Source of the DNA: Octopus vulgaris
Taxonomy: Eukaryota
Direction: 5' to 3'
Assembly (NCBI GenBank): GCA_951406725.2
Contig: OX597819.1
Location: forward strand, 104,594,001 to 104,658,000
DNA length: 64,000 nucleotides
A program made the translations under genes and the position numbers. How positions within the stretch are numbered: the stretch's first letter is position 1; each line of letters starts with the position of its first letter. Under the pieces are notes generated by a model. The model searched no databases and was not told the DNA's origin. It saw only the letters and a list, made by a program, of their open reading frames with translations. Shown here piece after piece: positions 13,476 to 27,187 of the stretch.

Positions 13476-13622
13476 AAGATTAGTAAGGGGAAAAAGCTCG
13501 ATATATGGGTACTGCACGAGCTCAATGAAAGTCAAGAAGTTCGGCGTTTTGAAGTGTGCTCTATGCACTTTCTGCGAAACACCAATGATCCTTTCCTTGA
13601 TCAAATAGTCACACACGCATAT

Positions 13623-13658
<36 letters not shown>

Positions 13659-15135
13659 ACATGCATACACACACATGCATACACACACACACAATGGAGC
13701 ATAAATGCATCGATGAAGCTATACATATAGCAGCTCAATCAAGGTATACATATAGCAGCTTGATTACCACATCCTTGCTTTTGGAGTACAAATTCTACTA
13801 CAGCACTAAGTGTAAGTAATTACCTTACATTATTTGACATTGTTTTACACACACACACACACACATCCACGCACACATACACACACACAAATACATACAA
13901 ACACGCACACATACACATACACATACACACATATATAATCGGCATATAGTATATGTAGGAAGCTGTAGAATGACAGGAAACCAAGTGGTTTTATCTAACC
14001 ATACACATAAAATACATATCAGGATGATCAAAATTATTTTTGTGGTGGATCACGAACCGAATTATACAAGCCGTTCTTTACTTAAATGCTAGCTGCGATC
14101 TTCTGATTTTAGGGGATTCAGTTACTATTTCCCTTCAGGTGAAGCAACAACCCGAGGGCCGCCTTGTCGGCCCATAGAAAACCATGTGGTATAATGTAAA
14201 AATTTCTTTAAACCATATTTTTGAGAGAGTTTTTAAACAGACGTAATCAGCTCAATTATAACAATATGTATTTTCTTTCTAGTTTCTCAATATATACTTT
14301 TTCATATATTTATATTTATATATTTTATTTGCTTCTCTCCCTGGCTCCCTCTTCGCCTACGCTTTCCTCTTTGTAATCTGCTCATTAAATTGTTATTATT
14401 TTCTTCTATATTTTCTTCTTATATTCTCTTCTTTCTTTTCCTTTTTTGTTTTGAATTTATATAATTGTTTTAATTTTCATTTCCTTTTGCTAAAATTTTC
14501 TTCATGGTCTTGCATAATTTTGTTTCTTTCTTCATCCTTTTATACTTTCTTGATTTCTTGATTTTTATTATCGACATCTCTAACACCACTACAACCACTA
14601 CTATCATCACTATCTTCCTCCTCCTTCTTTTCGTCGTTGTCCTCGTTGTCGTCGTCGTCCTCACCATCACCATCACCACCATCACATCATCATACCCACT
14701 GCCACCATCGTCATCATAATTTTTGTTTCATTTTCCTACGCTCCTTCCTCCGTATATGTCACACTTTCACCAGCACCACCAACACGACCAGCAACACCAA
14801 CACGACCAGAACCACCACCACCACCACTACTATTCTGTCAAAACCTCCACCACTGTCGCCTGTACCATCACCCCATCTTCTTCCACAGCAAGCCAGTTCC
14901 TAATTAAGATTAGCGCTGCTTTAATTAGTCGGCTAAGTGAAATTAAGCTCTTTGCAAAGTTCCATCTTTCTGGCTCTTCTTTTAATGTATGTTGACAGTT
15001 ATTGCAAACTTTTGGAAACGGCTCCCCCAATCTCTCTCCCTCTGACTCTCTCTTTCTCCCACTCTCTTTTTGCATGTATGTGTATTTATATGCATACATA
15101 CGTAAGTACATATGTATATATATATTCTCACACAA

Positions 15136-15179
<44 letters not shown>

Positions 15180-15247
15180 GCATGTATATGTATATATATA
15201 TATATATCTGTTCATGCATATGTACACACACAAACACACACACACAT

Positions 15248-15288
<41 letters not shown>

Positions 15289-15400
15289 CATATCTGTTCA
15301 TACATACATATATATATGTACACATATATATACGTGTGTGTACATACGTATATATATATGTGCACACACACATATATGTATGTGTGTATATATATGTATG

Positions 15401-15445
<45 letters not shown>

Positions 15446-16209
15446 ATGTACATACATGCATACACATATGCATAGGTTTGTTTTTGCGTTGTTCCTCTTA
15501 TCATGCGTGTATATGTGTGCGCATGTGTGCGTGCGTGTGTCTATGTGTGTATGTATGTGTATATTAACTGTACATACATATGTATGTGTGTATGCGAGTG
15601 TTTGTGCGTGTATAATAACAAGCATTTCATATCTCCATTTGCGAGTTGTCATATTAAAAGTCAACTAGAAATCAGAGAATTTGGTTACCTCATAAAAACT
15701 CACGTTCATATACACCCACAACAAAAACGGAAAAAAATACAAGCGTAATGAAACGCGTACAAATGAGACACAGAAATATAACATTATTTTAATGTGGCTA
15801 TATCACAAGCGTATATCCGTAGAATACAGACCACTGTATATGCGTATGAATGTCAGAGAGTACAATTTTTAAGTACAGACATTATAGAAGTTTGCTTCGT
15901 AATCATGCGGTTTCAAGTTTGATCCCACTGCATGGCATTTGGAGCAGTGCTTTTCACTTAGGCTTCGAATTAACCCAAGCCCTGTGAATGAAATTGAGTG
16001 AAGCAGGCACAGTGAAAGCATGTCTGGATTGTACATTTAGTTCATGGGTGCAGCCTTGGTACATAGTGTGTTAGGCTGATTAGGCTTGAGAGTTAAGCGA
16101 AGAGCTTGCGTGTTTGTGTATTATTCAATCAGTTACATGATAATTCATTTTGCATTGTGCACTACAATGCAATTGCTCCTGCTGTAGGTGCGTGTTGAGT
16201 GACTTTCTC

Positions 16210-17060
16210 GTATGGTAATGGTTTTGTTGATATCAGAACTGTTCAGAGATAATTCCAAGGCTCTCGTTCAGGAGATGGTAGTCTTGAAAATAAACCAAGG
16301 GGTAGGCCAAAATCAGTTATTCAGTACTTTGGTTGAACAAAATCCAAGAACCAAGGTTCGGGAACTTCCATCAGAACTCCAAACATCTCGCACAACTGTT
16401 TTTGAACACCTATAAAAAATTGGAAAAATCAAGAAAACGGATAGGTTTCTTCCACATCAACTGAACGAGATTTTAAAAAATCAGGCACCTCGAAGTGTGA
16501 TACTTATTACTTTCTCGACTGGAAAAATACCATTTTTGCATCAAATCATTACTTCTTATGAGAAATGTATACTCTTTGACAACAGCAGGAGAACAGGACA
16601 GTGATTAGATAGAGGAGAGTGACCTAAACACTACCCAAACCGACCATTGCACCATAAAAAGTTAGTGGTCACTGTACTGTGGTTTGCCAAAAGAGAGTTA
16701 TTCATTTTTGCAACAAGGAAAAACGGTACCAGCAACATCGTATTGCCAGACAACCCAGACTAGTGAATGGAGATGGCCCAATTTTGTTTCACAACAACGC
16801 ACGTCCTCACACTTCTCAAGCTACGGTTCAAAAGTTGCACTGCCTTAATTATGAGATTATGCAGCATACTTCCTATTCCCTTGATTCCTCTCCAACTGAT
16901 GATTTTTTTAATGATGAGTTTTTTAAAAGATGGAATATATGACATAGAGAAGCGTTTGGTAAATGTCATAAATGAACATGGACTATACTTTGATTAAATA
17001 AATCCGTTCTCTAACTCTTCTAAAACATTTTATTGTTACCTTTCAAATACGACATTTCAC
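16210..17060 (+). mobile_element. Mariner transposase pseudogene
   Basis: LVEQNPRTKVREL (HTH), FLPHQL (WVPHEL-like), FHNNARPHT, YSLDSSPTD (YSPDLAP-like); stops and frameshifts. Confidence 0.85.
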
Positions 17061-17084
17061 ATGAAACAACCAAATGTATGTATG

Positions 17085-17155
<71 letters not shown>

Positions 17156-17157
<2 letters not shown>

Positions 17158-18006
17158 TATATATGTGGAAAATCGGTGTGTGTTTGTTTGTGGCGTTGTT
17201 AGTTAATTCCTCCTGCATTGTTTGATTGATTTTGATGAAACTTGACATGTGAGTAGAACTCATGTCTGGAAACCTCGTGACAAACTTAGATTTTTTTTAA
17301 ATCGATAGTAGGGCCCTTCCAATGGATCCTTCTATCTACTACATATTACTAATATTTTAAACAACCCAAGGGAAATAGCCCATACTACTTGCAGATGTTA
17401 GCGAAGCGATCAATATTTGATTCGCATGATCAGCTGACCTAATTCTGCATTTCACTACTCACAGTTTTGAACTGCTAAACATTATTATTGCATTTCCTTA
17501 ATTTGAATCTTAAATATTAAAGACTTCATTCATACATTTCTATACATACATACATTTTTGAAAGCCCATTACTCCGATAATTCCGCATTTTTACAGTTAC
17601 ACTTTTCCATGATAGTAGATAAATATTTCATTCCACATCGTATTTGTAGTGGCTTCATGCAGGCATAGCGTGGATTCGATCCTCGATTGCCAAATTTCAC
17701 TTAACACTTCAACAGCGCTTTTCTCACGGTAAAACAATAGTTTTTCTTTGAATGACAGCAGTTATGCATTTCCGAGATGCTTTCGCTAAACAGAATAATG
17801 TCTTCGCCGCTCGCCAACCTCCGAAAACCTCTCTCGCCAACCTCCAACAATCTCTCCCTCCTCCAGCTGACATTTTTATGTACTTTTTTGTGACAGAAAA
17901 TACACCGTTTGCGGCAGTTATAACGAAATCGCTTTCCAATATCAGAGTAATAATGCGTTCCAATAGAACATCTTTACCCCCGGGTATTACCGGGTACACC
18001 AGCTAG
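17156..18006 (+). mobile_element. Non-autonomous Helitron
   Basis: 3' GC hairpin CCCGGG-TATTA-CCGGG about 8 nt before terminal CTAG (18003-18006); 5' CTATATAT start with GTTT repeats; inserted in (TA)n. Confidence 0.65.
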
Positions 18007-18035
18007 AATATATATATATGTATGTGTGTCTGTGT

Positions 18036-18098
<63 letters not shown>

Positions 18099-18594
18099 TG
18101 CGTATATATATATATATATATATGAAAAAATGAATAGAAATGACTTTTCAGATAATTTTTCCACCTTAATAATTAAATGTTTATAAGTTATCTCTGATAG
18201 AAGTTTCTCGCTTACAAGCTATTTTCAAACTCATACTTTAGAGTTTGTCACTCACTATTTAAATAGGGACCGTTTAATTACAAACATACACACATCAAAC
18301 ATAGGACCGTACACATATACACACACAGAGAAACAACAAGCACACAAATACATGTATTCATTCACATATAGTCATACATATATGTATACACACACACATA
18401 AACATGTGTATATATATAAAAAAAGACAGGGATAATTAAGTAGATGAAGAATAAAGGAATGGAATTTTTTGGTGTGGTCATTTTGGTCAGTGTGGTCAAT
18501 GGTCTATAAAACTCTGTTAATGACAAACGTGCCTGTGAGCATACCAATATGGTCACAAATATACAAATGTATTTTGTTTTACATAAAGAACAAC

Positions 18595-18845
18595 TGAAAA
18601 CGATACTTGGATGATCCTTTCATATTTTGGAACAAAAAATCAACAAGACTTAGGTATCTTTCCTCATTTTTAAATAATCTACCTACTTCGATGAAATTTA
18701 CCACGGAAAGGCACACGAAAGAATTACCATTTTTGGACACACTTCTAATTAAAGAGGATAACACTATTAAAACAGATATTTTTCATAAATCCACGGACAC
18801 ACACCAATACTTGAAGTTTCATTCCTCCCATGCCTCACGTACTAA
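18595..18845 (+). mobile_element. PLE reverse transcriptase fragment
   Basis: RYLDD.FIFW..MKFT.E..LPFLDTL..TDIFHKSTDTHQYLKFHSSH, the PLE RT/thumb signature. Confidence 0.85.
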
Positions 18846-19189
18846 TAGAACTTTTATCATTTTTTACGACAGGTGTATGCTAGTATTTAAACATAGATAC
18901 ATGCAGAAACACACACACACAGTATTCATATATATAAATATGTATTACTACGTACAAATTTATGCACATATGTGTATATCTTCCATGTCCAGCATGGTGC
19001 GCTTTTATAAATACAAATAAAATACTTCCATATAGGTGTGTTGATTAAAAGCCCATATATGTACATGTATGTGTATATATTCAGATATAAGCTAAGCATA
19101 TTCATGTGTACATACACACACAGTAATGCACATACACACACATACGCACACACAAAATATGTACATATGTTGCATTCCAGAAGTTTTGT

Positions 19190-19835
19190 GACTTGTTTTA
19201 GGAAAGCAGCTATTAACGTAATTATATCATATCATTGCTATACATCCAGTAAGTTGACTTACCAGCTTTTGTTATTCCAGGTTGAAGGACATGGTCATAA
19301 TAACACTTTGAACACATCCAATGAAACAGTACTTGTCACAGCTGAACAGTCTTTGAAAGGACTACCCCTGAGGTTCTCCTTCAGCTGAGGGAACAACCAA
19401 ATGTCATAGAGAGCATGTTGTAGACTCTGGGGCGGGTGAGGGATAATTTTGCTTTTTATTTCTGTCAAGTAGTTGCCTACAGAGATTCACATCTGAGCAC
19501 CTTGAAAGAAATTTTGTACAAATTTTGCGCATGTTTATATTTTCAGGAATAATTCTGTGTACATTTGCCCTACCAACCCCAAACGGCATGCTTATTGTCT
19601 TTATAGACAGACACACACTGGTTTTCATCCAGGAAATTGCGAATTTTCTCAACCAGCACTGAAGGTCTGATGTCCATCACCCTCTTACATCTGTCATTGT
19701 CTCTCTCCTCATCTCTATCAGCCGCGAATCTCTAGTGCCAGCAGAAAATGGATACTAGGCTCATACACGTTAATCTATAAGCAGTGTGGAGCATTTTATA
19801 AGTTTCTGTGGCGATTATACCCAGTTTAACACTCT
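19190..19835 (-). mobile_element. Degraded mariner-like fragment
   Basis: FGVGRANVHRII.ENINMRKICTKF (second HTH leading to WVP-like motif); part is shared in reverse with 24640-24720. Confidence 0.55.
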
Positions 19836-19866
19836 ATACGCCCCGAAAACAATCTGCAAATATATA

Positions 19867-19907
<41 letters not shown>

Positions 19908-19911
<4 letters not shown>

Positions 19912-22900
19912 TCAAGGAACACCCGTTAAGATACAACCCTCACCTCAAACATCTCAGTAACTTTATTCATTCAACCCGGAATAACCAAGGAATCATAGTA
20001 CCAGCGGATAAAACTGGTAATCTGTATAGAGTAGATTACACTCTTTATAGCAAGCTAATTAAGAAGGAACTCAACTCCAAATATAAAATTACTACTAAGA
20101 AAAATTTGAAAAAAAATAAACCTGGAAATGAAGGAAGTTATGGAAAGATACAATTTAACGGATAGAACGGAGCCGCTTAAACCGTGTGAACCTAGAATCA
20201 ACCTTAAAGACCGCAAAAGGAATTTCATGGAAAACCCTTCGGTAAGGCTTATTTGTCCAACTAAGTCAGACATTGGCCGGCTTAGTAAATCTATCCTTGA
20301 TACTGTTCTACCCCAAATAACTCCTTTTCTTCCCTTAAGTCTATGGCTAAATACCGATGAGGTATTAAAATGGTTTAACTCTCTAACTAATACTAGTAGT
20401 CTGTTCTTTATTCAGTTCGACATAAATAATTATTACTCTAGTATTTCCCCTATTTTGCTATGAATCGCTCCCTCATATCTAGAGAGGAAATCGACATTGT
20501 GCTATTAGCTAGAAAAACATTTATAGAATTTGAAGAAAAGTTATGGACTAGAGCAGATACACCTAATAATTTCGATATACCCATGGGTTCCAGTGATTCG
20601 GCTGAGGTGACTAACTTGGTAGGCGCGTATCTATTAAAGTGCATAAATAAGGAGATCCCAGAATTACAAGGTGGTCTATATAGGGATGATGCTCTGTTTG
20701 TTATCCCTAGTAATAATAAATCTAGCATTGAAAGGATTAGAAAGAAAATTAATAAGTTCTTTAAAGATTTCAACCTTAGCATAGCTTATGAACCTGGCAC
20801 TAAAATAGTCAATTTCCTAAATATTACATTAGACCTTAACTCTAAGCTGCATTACCCATTTAGAAAGGAAGGTGAAATCACGAGATACGTATATAAATTA
20901 TCCAATCATCCCCCCCCCCAAATATAATTAAATCTTTGGTCGGAAATATTTTCTTAAGAATCTCTAAATTATCATGTAATAATTTTATATTTAACTCTCA
21001 TTCTGAGCATTATAATGCGGCGTTATCTAAGGCAGGATACAACCAAAAGATTACCTTTATTGATAAGGTGAGCTTACATATTCCTAATAAAGGAGGTAAC
21101 AGTAACCACGTAAACAACAATATAGACCACGCCCGAAATAAAAGTAGAAATAGATTTACGGTAACTACAAATCTAACGTACAAGCCTAATCATACAAATA
21201 AAAATATAGACCAGAGCATAGGTAACTCGGATAAAATCAAATTATATAAATCAAAGAAGCATACAAATAATAGTAATAAATACAATGACTCTGGTGAGAT
21301 TAGTAATAATTCAACTAACCCTAATTCTAATTCAAGGATATTTAATAAGAAAGATATAATCTGGCTGAATATTCCTTTCAACTGTGCGATTCTATCGGAT
21401 ATACAAAGCAGATTCAAAGTAATTCTAGAAAAAAATTTCCCAGCCTCTCATAGATATAGAATTATTTCTAAAAAAGCGGTTAGGATTTCTTATTCAACCC
21501 TCCCAAATATGTCCACTTTAATAGCTAAGATTAATAATAATAACATTAAGCTAGCCAGGAAAGATAAAAATAATACCAACACGAATACCAATAACAATTG
21601 TAATAATACTATCAGAAATAAAAAAAAATAATAACCGCAACAATAGTAACTATCAAAACATAGGTAGAATCAATAACCATGGAATAACTAATAATAATAT
21701 TAATATTAATAGGAGTAATAATGTTAATAATATGAGTAATGCTAATAGAGAAAATACCGGGAATGAAGACAACATTGATATCTATAACAACAATATACAT
21801 TCGGATACAAATACTAGCAATAATAGTAGCAATACCAATAATGTAAGTAATTATGGTAGGACTATAGAACTAAATGATAGTGTAAAAGGATCGATAAATG
21901 ATAACACTGCTTTAGATAGCAACATTAACTATAATAACGATAAATATACTCATAATAATCAGAGTAGCAAGAACATGGGATATCTATCCATAAATAATTC
22001 AACATCTGAAGATGATCCCCCTAGGTGTAATTGTAGAATTAGGTCAAAATGCCCGGCACCTGGTCTGTGCGGGGTAAATAACGTAATCTATAAATGTACC
22101 ATAACTACTGAGAATAGCAAATTTCTTTATTTAGGTTGTACTATAAATTTTGAGAAAAGAGTTAGCAATCATATCTCCTCTTTTAAGTTACGTCATAAAG
22201 CTGGTAGCACCACACTCTCAAGTAAGATCTGGGAACTCAAAAATAATAATATTAAATATAAATGGCGGTGCCCCAGCATGGCCACAGCTCATTAGCTGAA
22301 ACTGGAAAAATCAATCAAAATCAATCATAACCTTAATTGGGAAATAGTTAGAAGAGCGATGCCTTATAGAAATAATAGGGTTGGTTGCCAACTCTGCTCC
22401 ATGGAGACGTATGAAATTCTAATGCATAGCAAAAAATAAGAATTTGTTAAATAACTGTATAGAACTGTCTCTCTTGTATTCACGCAAAAATGAAGACTCT
22501 AAAATATTTTAAATAAAAATCGTATAGAATAATCGTATGGAGCTAGATCTATCTTGCTTTTACTAATAAAACAAAACTCTAATATAATTTTAAATTGATA
22601 GCTGCGAGCTCTTACACAATGGTTATTTCTTTCTTTCTAACTGCACCTGATTTGGAACATAAAGAAATAAATAGTATTTGTACGTTGCCTAAAAAAGTTT
22701 AATTGACTATATAGTTAATTTAATTTAATCTAATTTTAATCTAATTTAGGTAACACAGCTTAAATCAAATAAGTTACTAATACTTCATAATTCTATTATA
22801 AAGTTAAATAAGTAATGCTACTCCCTTAAAAGTAGTATAAGAAATTTCACTATGATAAGCAATACTCTCACACCTTTTAATTGACCTCTAGGTATAGACC

Positions 22901-23860
22901 TACAGTCTGTCATTGTATAAATAGTAACAATAATAAATAAATTAATTAAATGACCTCCTTTCTAGTATTGCACTTAAATTCTCTTAATGTATTTTCCTCT
23001 AGTGATAGCCTTTGACCCCTTTATCCCTTCCCTTGTTCTCTTTAGATTCTTATATCTCCTTTAGCCCCGTCGGATTGGCAATTAACAGCTGTATACTGGT
23101 CAAAAGTAATGTTCTCCTTTATAAATCTTAGATTCCTGCAAATCTAAGCAAGACTGTCTGTCTCCACAGAAAGAGACCTTTCTGTGTAGGTGGGTACCTG
23201 CAACCCCTTCCCTCTCTGTTATTCCAGAATGCTCTATGTGGGCGGTTTTTCTATGCTCCACATAATTCCTTCAGCCATTATAATTCTAACATAGCAGTTT
23301 TGTGAAATGAACAGAGGTGTGACAAGTATCTTATATATGGGGAAATTATACCCATTATATGGATTAATCATGGATGGATTCATCGTCTGTGAGTATGAAA
23401 TATCTCCTCATATCTCCAGTAATTGCACCTACATTATGGATGGATTCACCTTTTCTGTGAAGCTAACAAGCTTTTTTAAAGTCTGTTATAAGACTGTGCA
23501 TCATTAGAGAACTTTGGAAGTTTGCTTACAATCTAAATTTGCTTTTTATAGAACTATCTTAGATACTTCATGAGTGTAGCCTCACCCACTAGGATGCTTG
23601 GAGAACTCATATGTGTTTTGGCTGATGAGTACGGGACACTTGTATTTTCTGCAATATTTGCAGCTTTTAATAAAGCTGGTCTTCGTATGAAACAATTGTA
23701 CTGAAAAACTAATCCATTCTTGTTGCTTTTTTCTTGTTTATAATCACCCCACATTATTTTATGGTTAATACCATATAGTTTTCTGGTGCATCTAAGTTAA
23801 GTACCGCATTCAAGTGAATTCAATAGAATTCACTTGAATCTTAATTGCTTTTACTATATA
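19908..23860 (+). mobile_element. 5'-truncated Penelope-like element: RT, Asn-rich linker, GIY-YIG, long 3' region with HHR
   Basis: VPADKTGNLY, FIQFDINNYYSSI, FDIPMGSSDSAEV, GGLYRDD, VNFLNITLDL, SNHPP, CNCRIRSKC, VIY..YLG..FEKRVSNH, CQLC..E; several frameshifts; (TA)n at both ends. Confidence 0.9.
23615..23709 (+). ncRNA. Type I hammerhead ribozyme in PLE 3' terminal region
   Basis: GTTTTGG-CTGATGA-GTACGGGAC..GTCTTCGTAT-GAAA-CAATTG-TA-CTGAAAAAC; palindromic stem III ACAATTGT; GUA site. Confidence 0.75.
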
Positions 23861-24051
23861 TGTATATATATATATATAATATAAGCGGGACCAGCCATCT
23901 GAATGTGGCTAGGGACAGGGCGGGGTGGTGGGAGTGTTACTGATGCATTTAGCCCCAGGCGACTATAGACGTCACCAGAAGAGCCGACACCATCACGGTG
24001 TCCTTGCTAGCCTGTAAAGGGAGATCAGCCTCCCCGAAGATACGGATGCTA

Positions 24052-24094
24052 CACACGGACCGGTTTCGAGGTGGTCGCCTCTCGTCAGCGCATG
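24052..24094 (-). ncRNA. Type I hammerhead ribozyme (inverted copy)
   Basis: Reverse complement of 24285-24327 in the left arm. Confidence 0.88.
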
Positions 24095-24284
24095 GCAAGC
24101 ACCGTTCTTCGTTGAGGGACTTCCTCCACAGGCTAGAAATATATAGATTTTCACAGTAAACACAGTCACTGGCGTCGAAAATCTGTTCGATAACAATAAT
24201 AAATCTCTAAGCGAGGTATAAACTGTGAAAATCTATATATTTCTAGCCTGTGGAGGAAGTCCCTCAACGAAGAACGGTGCTTGC

Positions 24285-24327
24285 CATGCGCTGACGAGAG
24301 GCGACCACCTCGAAACCGGTCCGTGTG
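24285..24327 (+). ncRNA. Canonical type I hammerhead ribozyme
   Basis: CATGCG-CTGACGA-GAGG(CGACCA)CCTC-GAAA-CCGG-TC-CGTGTG; all core nucleotides and three stems present; GUC site. Confidence 0.9.
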
Positions 24328-24544
24328 TAGCATCCGTATCTTCGGGGAGGCTGATCTCCCTTTACAGGCTAGCAAGGACACCGTGATGGTGTCGGCTCTT
24401 CTGGTGGCGTCTATAGTCGCCTGGGGCTAAATGCATCAGTAACACCCCCACCACCCCGCCCTGTCCCTAGCCACATTCAGATGGCTGGTCCCGCTTATAT
24501 TACAGAGCAGTTACTGTTTATACCTCGTTAGAGATTTATTATTG

Positions 24545-24588
<44 letters not shown>

Positions 24589-24850
24589 AACACCTTTCCG
24601 TACATACACGTTTATACACATACTTATGTATATCTTCCATGTTCGACAGTGTTTAGTAGGTGTGTTCAAAGTGTTGTTACAACCGTCTCCTTCAATCTGC
24701 AAAAACAAAAATATGTTGGGTCAGGTTATTCGATGGATAGTAATGATAAACTAAAATTACAACAAACCATGGCAATTATAGCCGCCTCTCTTCAAAAGGC
24801 TCAAAACGGCTGGAATGTAACTCATATATATATATGCGTATGCATAAATG

Positions 24851-24908
<58 letters not shown>

Positions 24909-25059
24909 GTAGGCGCGGGACTGGCTGTGTAGTACGAAGCTTGCTTATCAACCACATGGTTCCGGGTGGCACCTTGGGCAACAGTCTTCTATTATAGCCT
25001 CGGGCCGACCAAAACCTTGTGAGTGGATTTTGTAGACGGAAACTGAAAGAATCGCGTCG

Positions 25060-25086
<27 letters not shown>

Positions 25087-25090
<4 letters not shown>

Positions 25091-26202
25091 TAATAAAAGG
25101 AATTCCAACCTTGTCTGATTTTCCCGTTTTATTTACAATCTTATAATGATATAATATAAGATAATATAATATAATAAAATAAAATAAAATAAAATAATGT
25201 TAAATGTTCATTCTGATTCAACTAGTACTTTCATGCATTAAATTCTGCAATCTTCAGGTTCATGTAGTAGTGGTGACAGTCATGCTTCACAATTTTTGAC
25301 TGTAGCGAGATGATTAAATCTGTGCCTTAAATACAGCTGTGTAGGCTCCAGATTGCTAAGTTTTGCAAACTGTATTCTGACCAATCAGTGTGTAGCATCA
25401 CTCAATTACTTAAGCTGATTGGTTGGTTGAGCTGGTTGGTTTAGGCGTCACGCTTTGTTGAACATGTCAAGAGTCCTGTATCTTAACCCTGGCGGAGGCA
25501 GCAATTGTTGGGCTATCTTTAGAAATGTAAATAGCCTTTGTCAGAGAGGAAAATCAGAGAAAAGAATTTTATTGATAAATTCGAACCCAAGCTAAATAAG
25601 CAATAATAATAATACTTTGATAGCAGGAAAATTATCTTATTTAGGGTTAAACGTTCTATTGCCACCACCATTACTCCTAGCAACAATAATTAAGGTACTG
25701 ACAATGATGATGATGCCAATTGAAATATAAAAATATAAAAATCTCCAACAAAGGCTATTTACAACATTTCTAAAGATAGCCCAACAATTGCTGCCTCCGC
25801 CAGGGTTAAGATACAGGACTCTTGACATGTTCAACAAAGCGTGACGCCTAAACCAACCAGCTCAACCAACCAATCAGCTTAAGTAATTGAGTGATACTAC
25901 ACACTGATTGGTCAGAATACAGTTTGCAAAACTTAGCAATCTGGAGCCTACACAGCTGTATTTAAGGCACAGATTTAATCATCTCGCTACAGTCAAAAAT
26001 TGTGAAGCATGACTGTCACCACTACTACATGAACCTGAAGATTGCAGAATTTAATGCATGAAAGTACTAGTTGAATCAGAATGAACATTTAACATTCTAT
26101 TATTTTATTTTATTTTATTATATTATCTTATATTATATCATTATAGGATTGTAAATAAAACGTGAAAATCAGACAAGGTTGGAATTCCTTTTATTAATAT
26201 AT
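25087..26202 (+). mobile_element. 5'-truncated PLE 3' end with inverted terminal repeat
   Basis: Arms 25087-25541 and 25748-26202; spacer encodes the GIY-YIG end RKIREKNFIDKFEPKLNKQ*; HHR-like motif in both arms. Confidence 0.8.
26030..26075 (+). ncRNA. Minimal hammerhead-like motif (inverted copy 25217-25262)
   Basis: AAC-CTGAAGA-TTGCA..TGCAT-GAAA-GTAC-TA-GTT; palindromic stem III, short stem I. Confidence 0.6.
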
Positions 26203-26231
26203 TCTTCTATACACAATCACACACACCCGTA

Positions 26232-26303
<72 letters not shown>

Positions 26304-27187
26304 TATATATGTGTGTGTGAGTGTGTTTTACCCCCCGCCATCGCTTTACGTCCCCGAAACCTAGCGGTTCGGCAAAATAAACCGATAGAATAAGTACTAG
26401 GTTTACAAAGAATAAATCCTGGTGTCAAATATTGCAGAATATCATATTTTCACAATATTTTGTTAATAGTTTGTTAATCAGCTTGTGAGACTTATGGTGA
26501 AATTTGAAGTATCTGTAGGTTTTGAAGAATAAGGTGGGTATTGATATTGATGAACCCTCACCCCACCACATAAATCTCCATATGACTTGGGAAATCGAAA
26601 CAATATACAACAGTTACCTTATAAAATCTATTTATCTGTCTGATTGTCTGTCTGCCTGCTTGTGTGTCTACCTGTCTGTCTGTTTATGTACATGCGTCTA
26701 TGTATGTGCATGTGTTTATGCGTGTATTCACGCCGAGATTTCGCACTCGTTATGAACCTTTTCTTTGCTGCAGTAAAATATGTACTCAACTAAAAAGTAT
26801 GTAGTAATCCTTCAGTTTCATATCGAAATGTTTTTACATATATCATCACACAAACACTCACATATATTTATAATAGAGTGGCAAGATTAACAAACGAAAT
26901 ACCTTGTTTTGGCTCTCTGCGTTATGATGAAAAAGCCAGCTATGATAATGGCACTAAGCTGCATAGGCTTTGGCCCTCATGGTGGTGTATAAAGAAGAGA
27001 CTTGCATGCATGGGCAACTGATAGTACTCTAACACATACATAAACTCACACAAAATTGCACACATATACTCACACTCACATATACTCGCACGAAATACTT
27101 TCCCCAACCCTGAGCCATAAAGACGTTTACATTTTCATAAACCTTAGGTAAGTCATGACTGAACGAGAACATAGTCATCTTCAAAGT

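Larger units (their letters stand above)
23878..24548. mobile_element. Fold-back HHR-containing non-coding element (retrozyme/pLTR-like)
   Basis: ~280-bp near-perfect inverted arms (~23878-24157 and ~24222-24502); spacer 24191-24222 reappears inverted at 24516-24548; inside (TA)n. Confidence 0.8.
24911..26425 (+). mobile_element. Family-B CORE SINE split by a PLE insertion (SINE parts ~24911-25060 and ~26310-26425)
   Basis: 5' and 3' halves match the contiguous copy at 10110-10435; the interruption lies in its internal (TA)n. Confidence 0.7.

Noticed and set aside
14830-15750. Many overlapping ORFs up to 243 aa
   Set aside because: Translations of (TA)n/(CA)n/(TACA)n microsatellites; the same applies to the YIYI, CVCV and IIII ORFs throughout.
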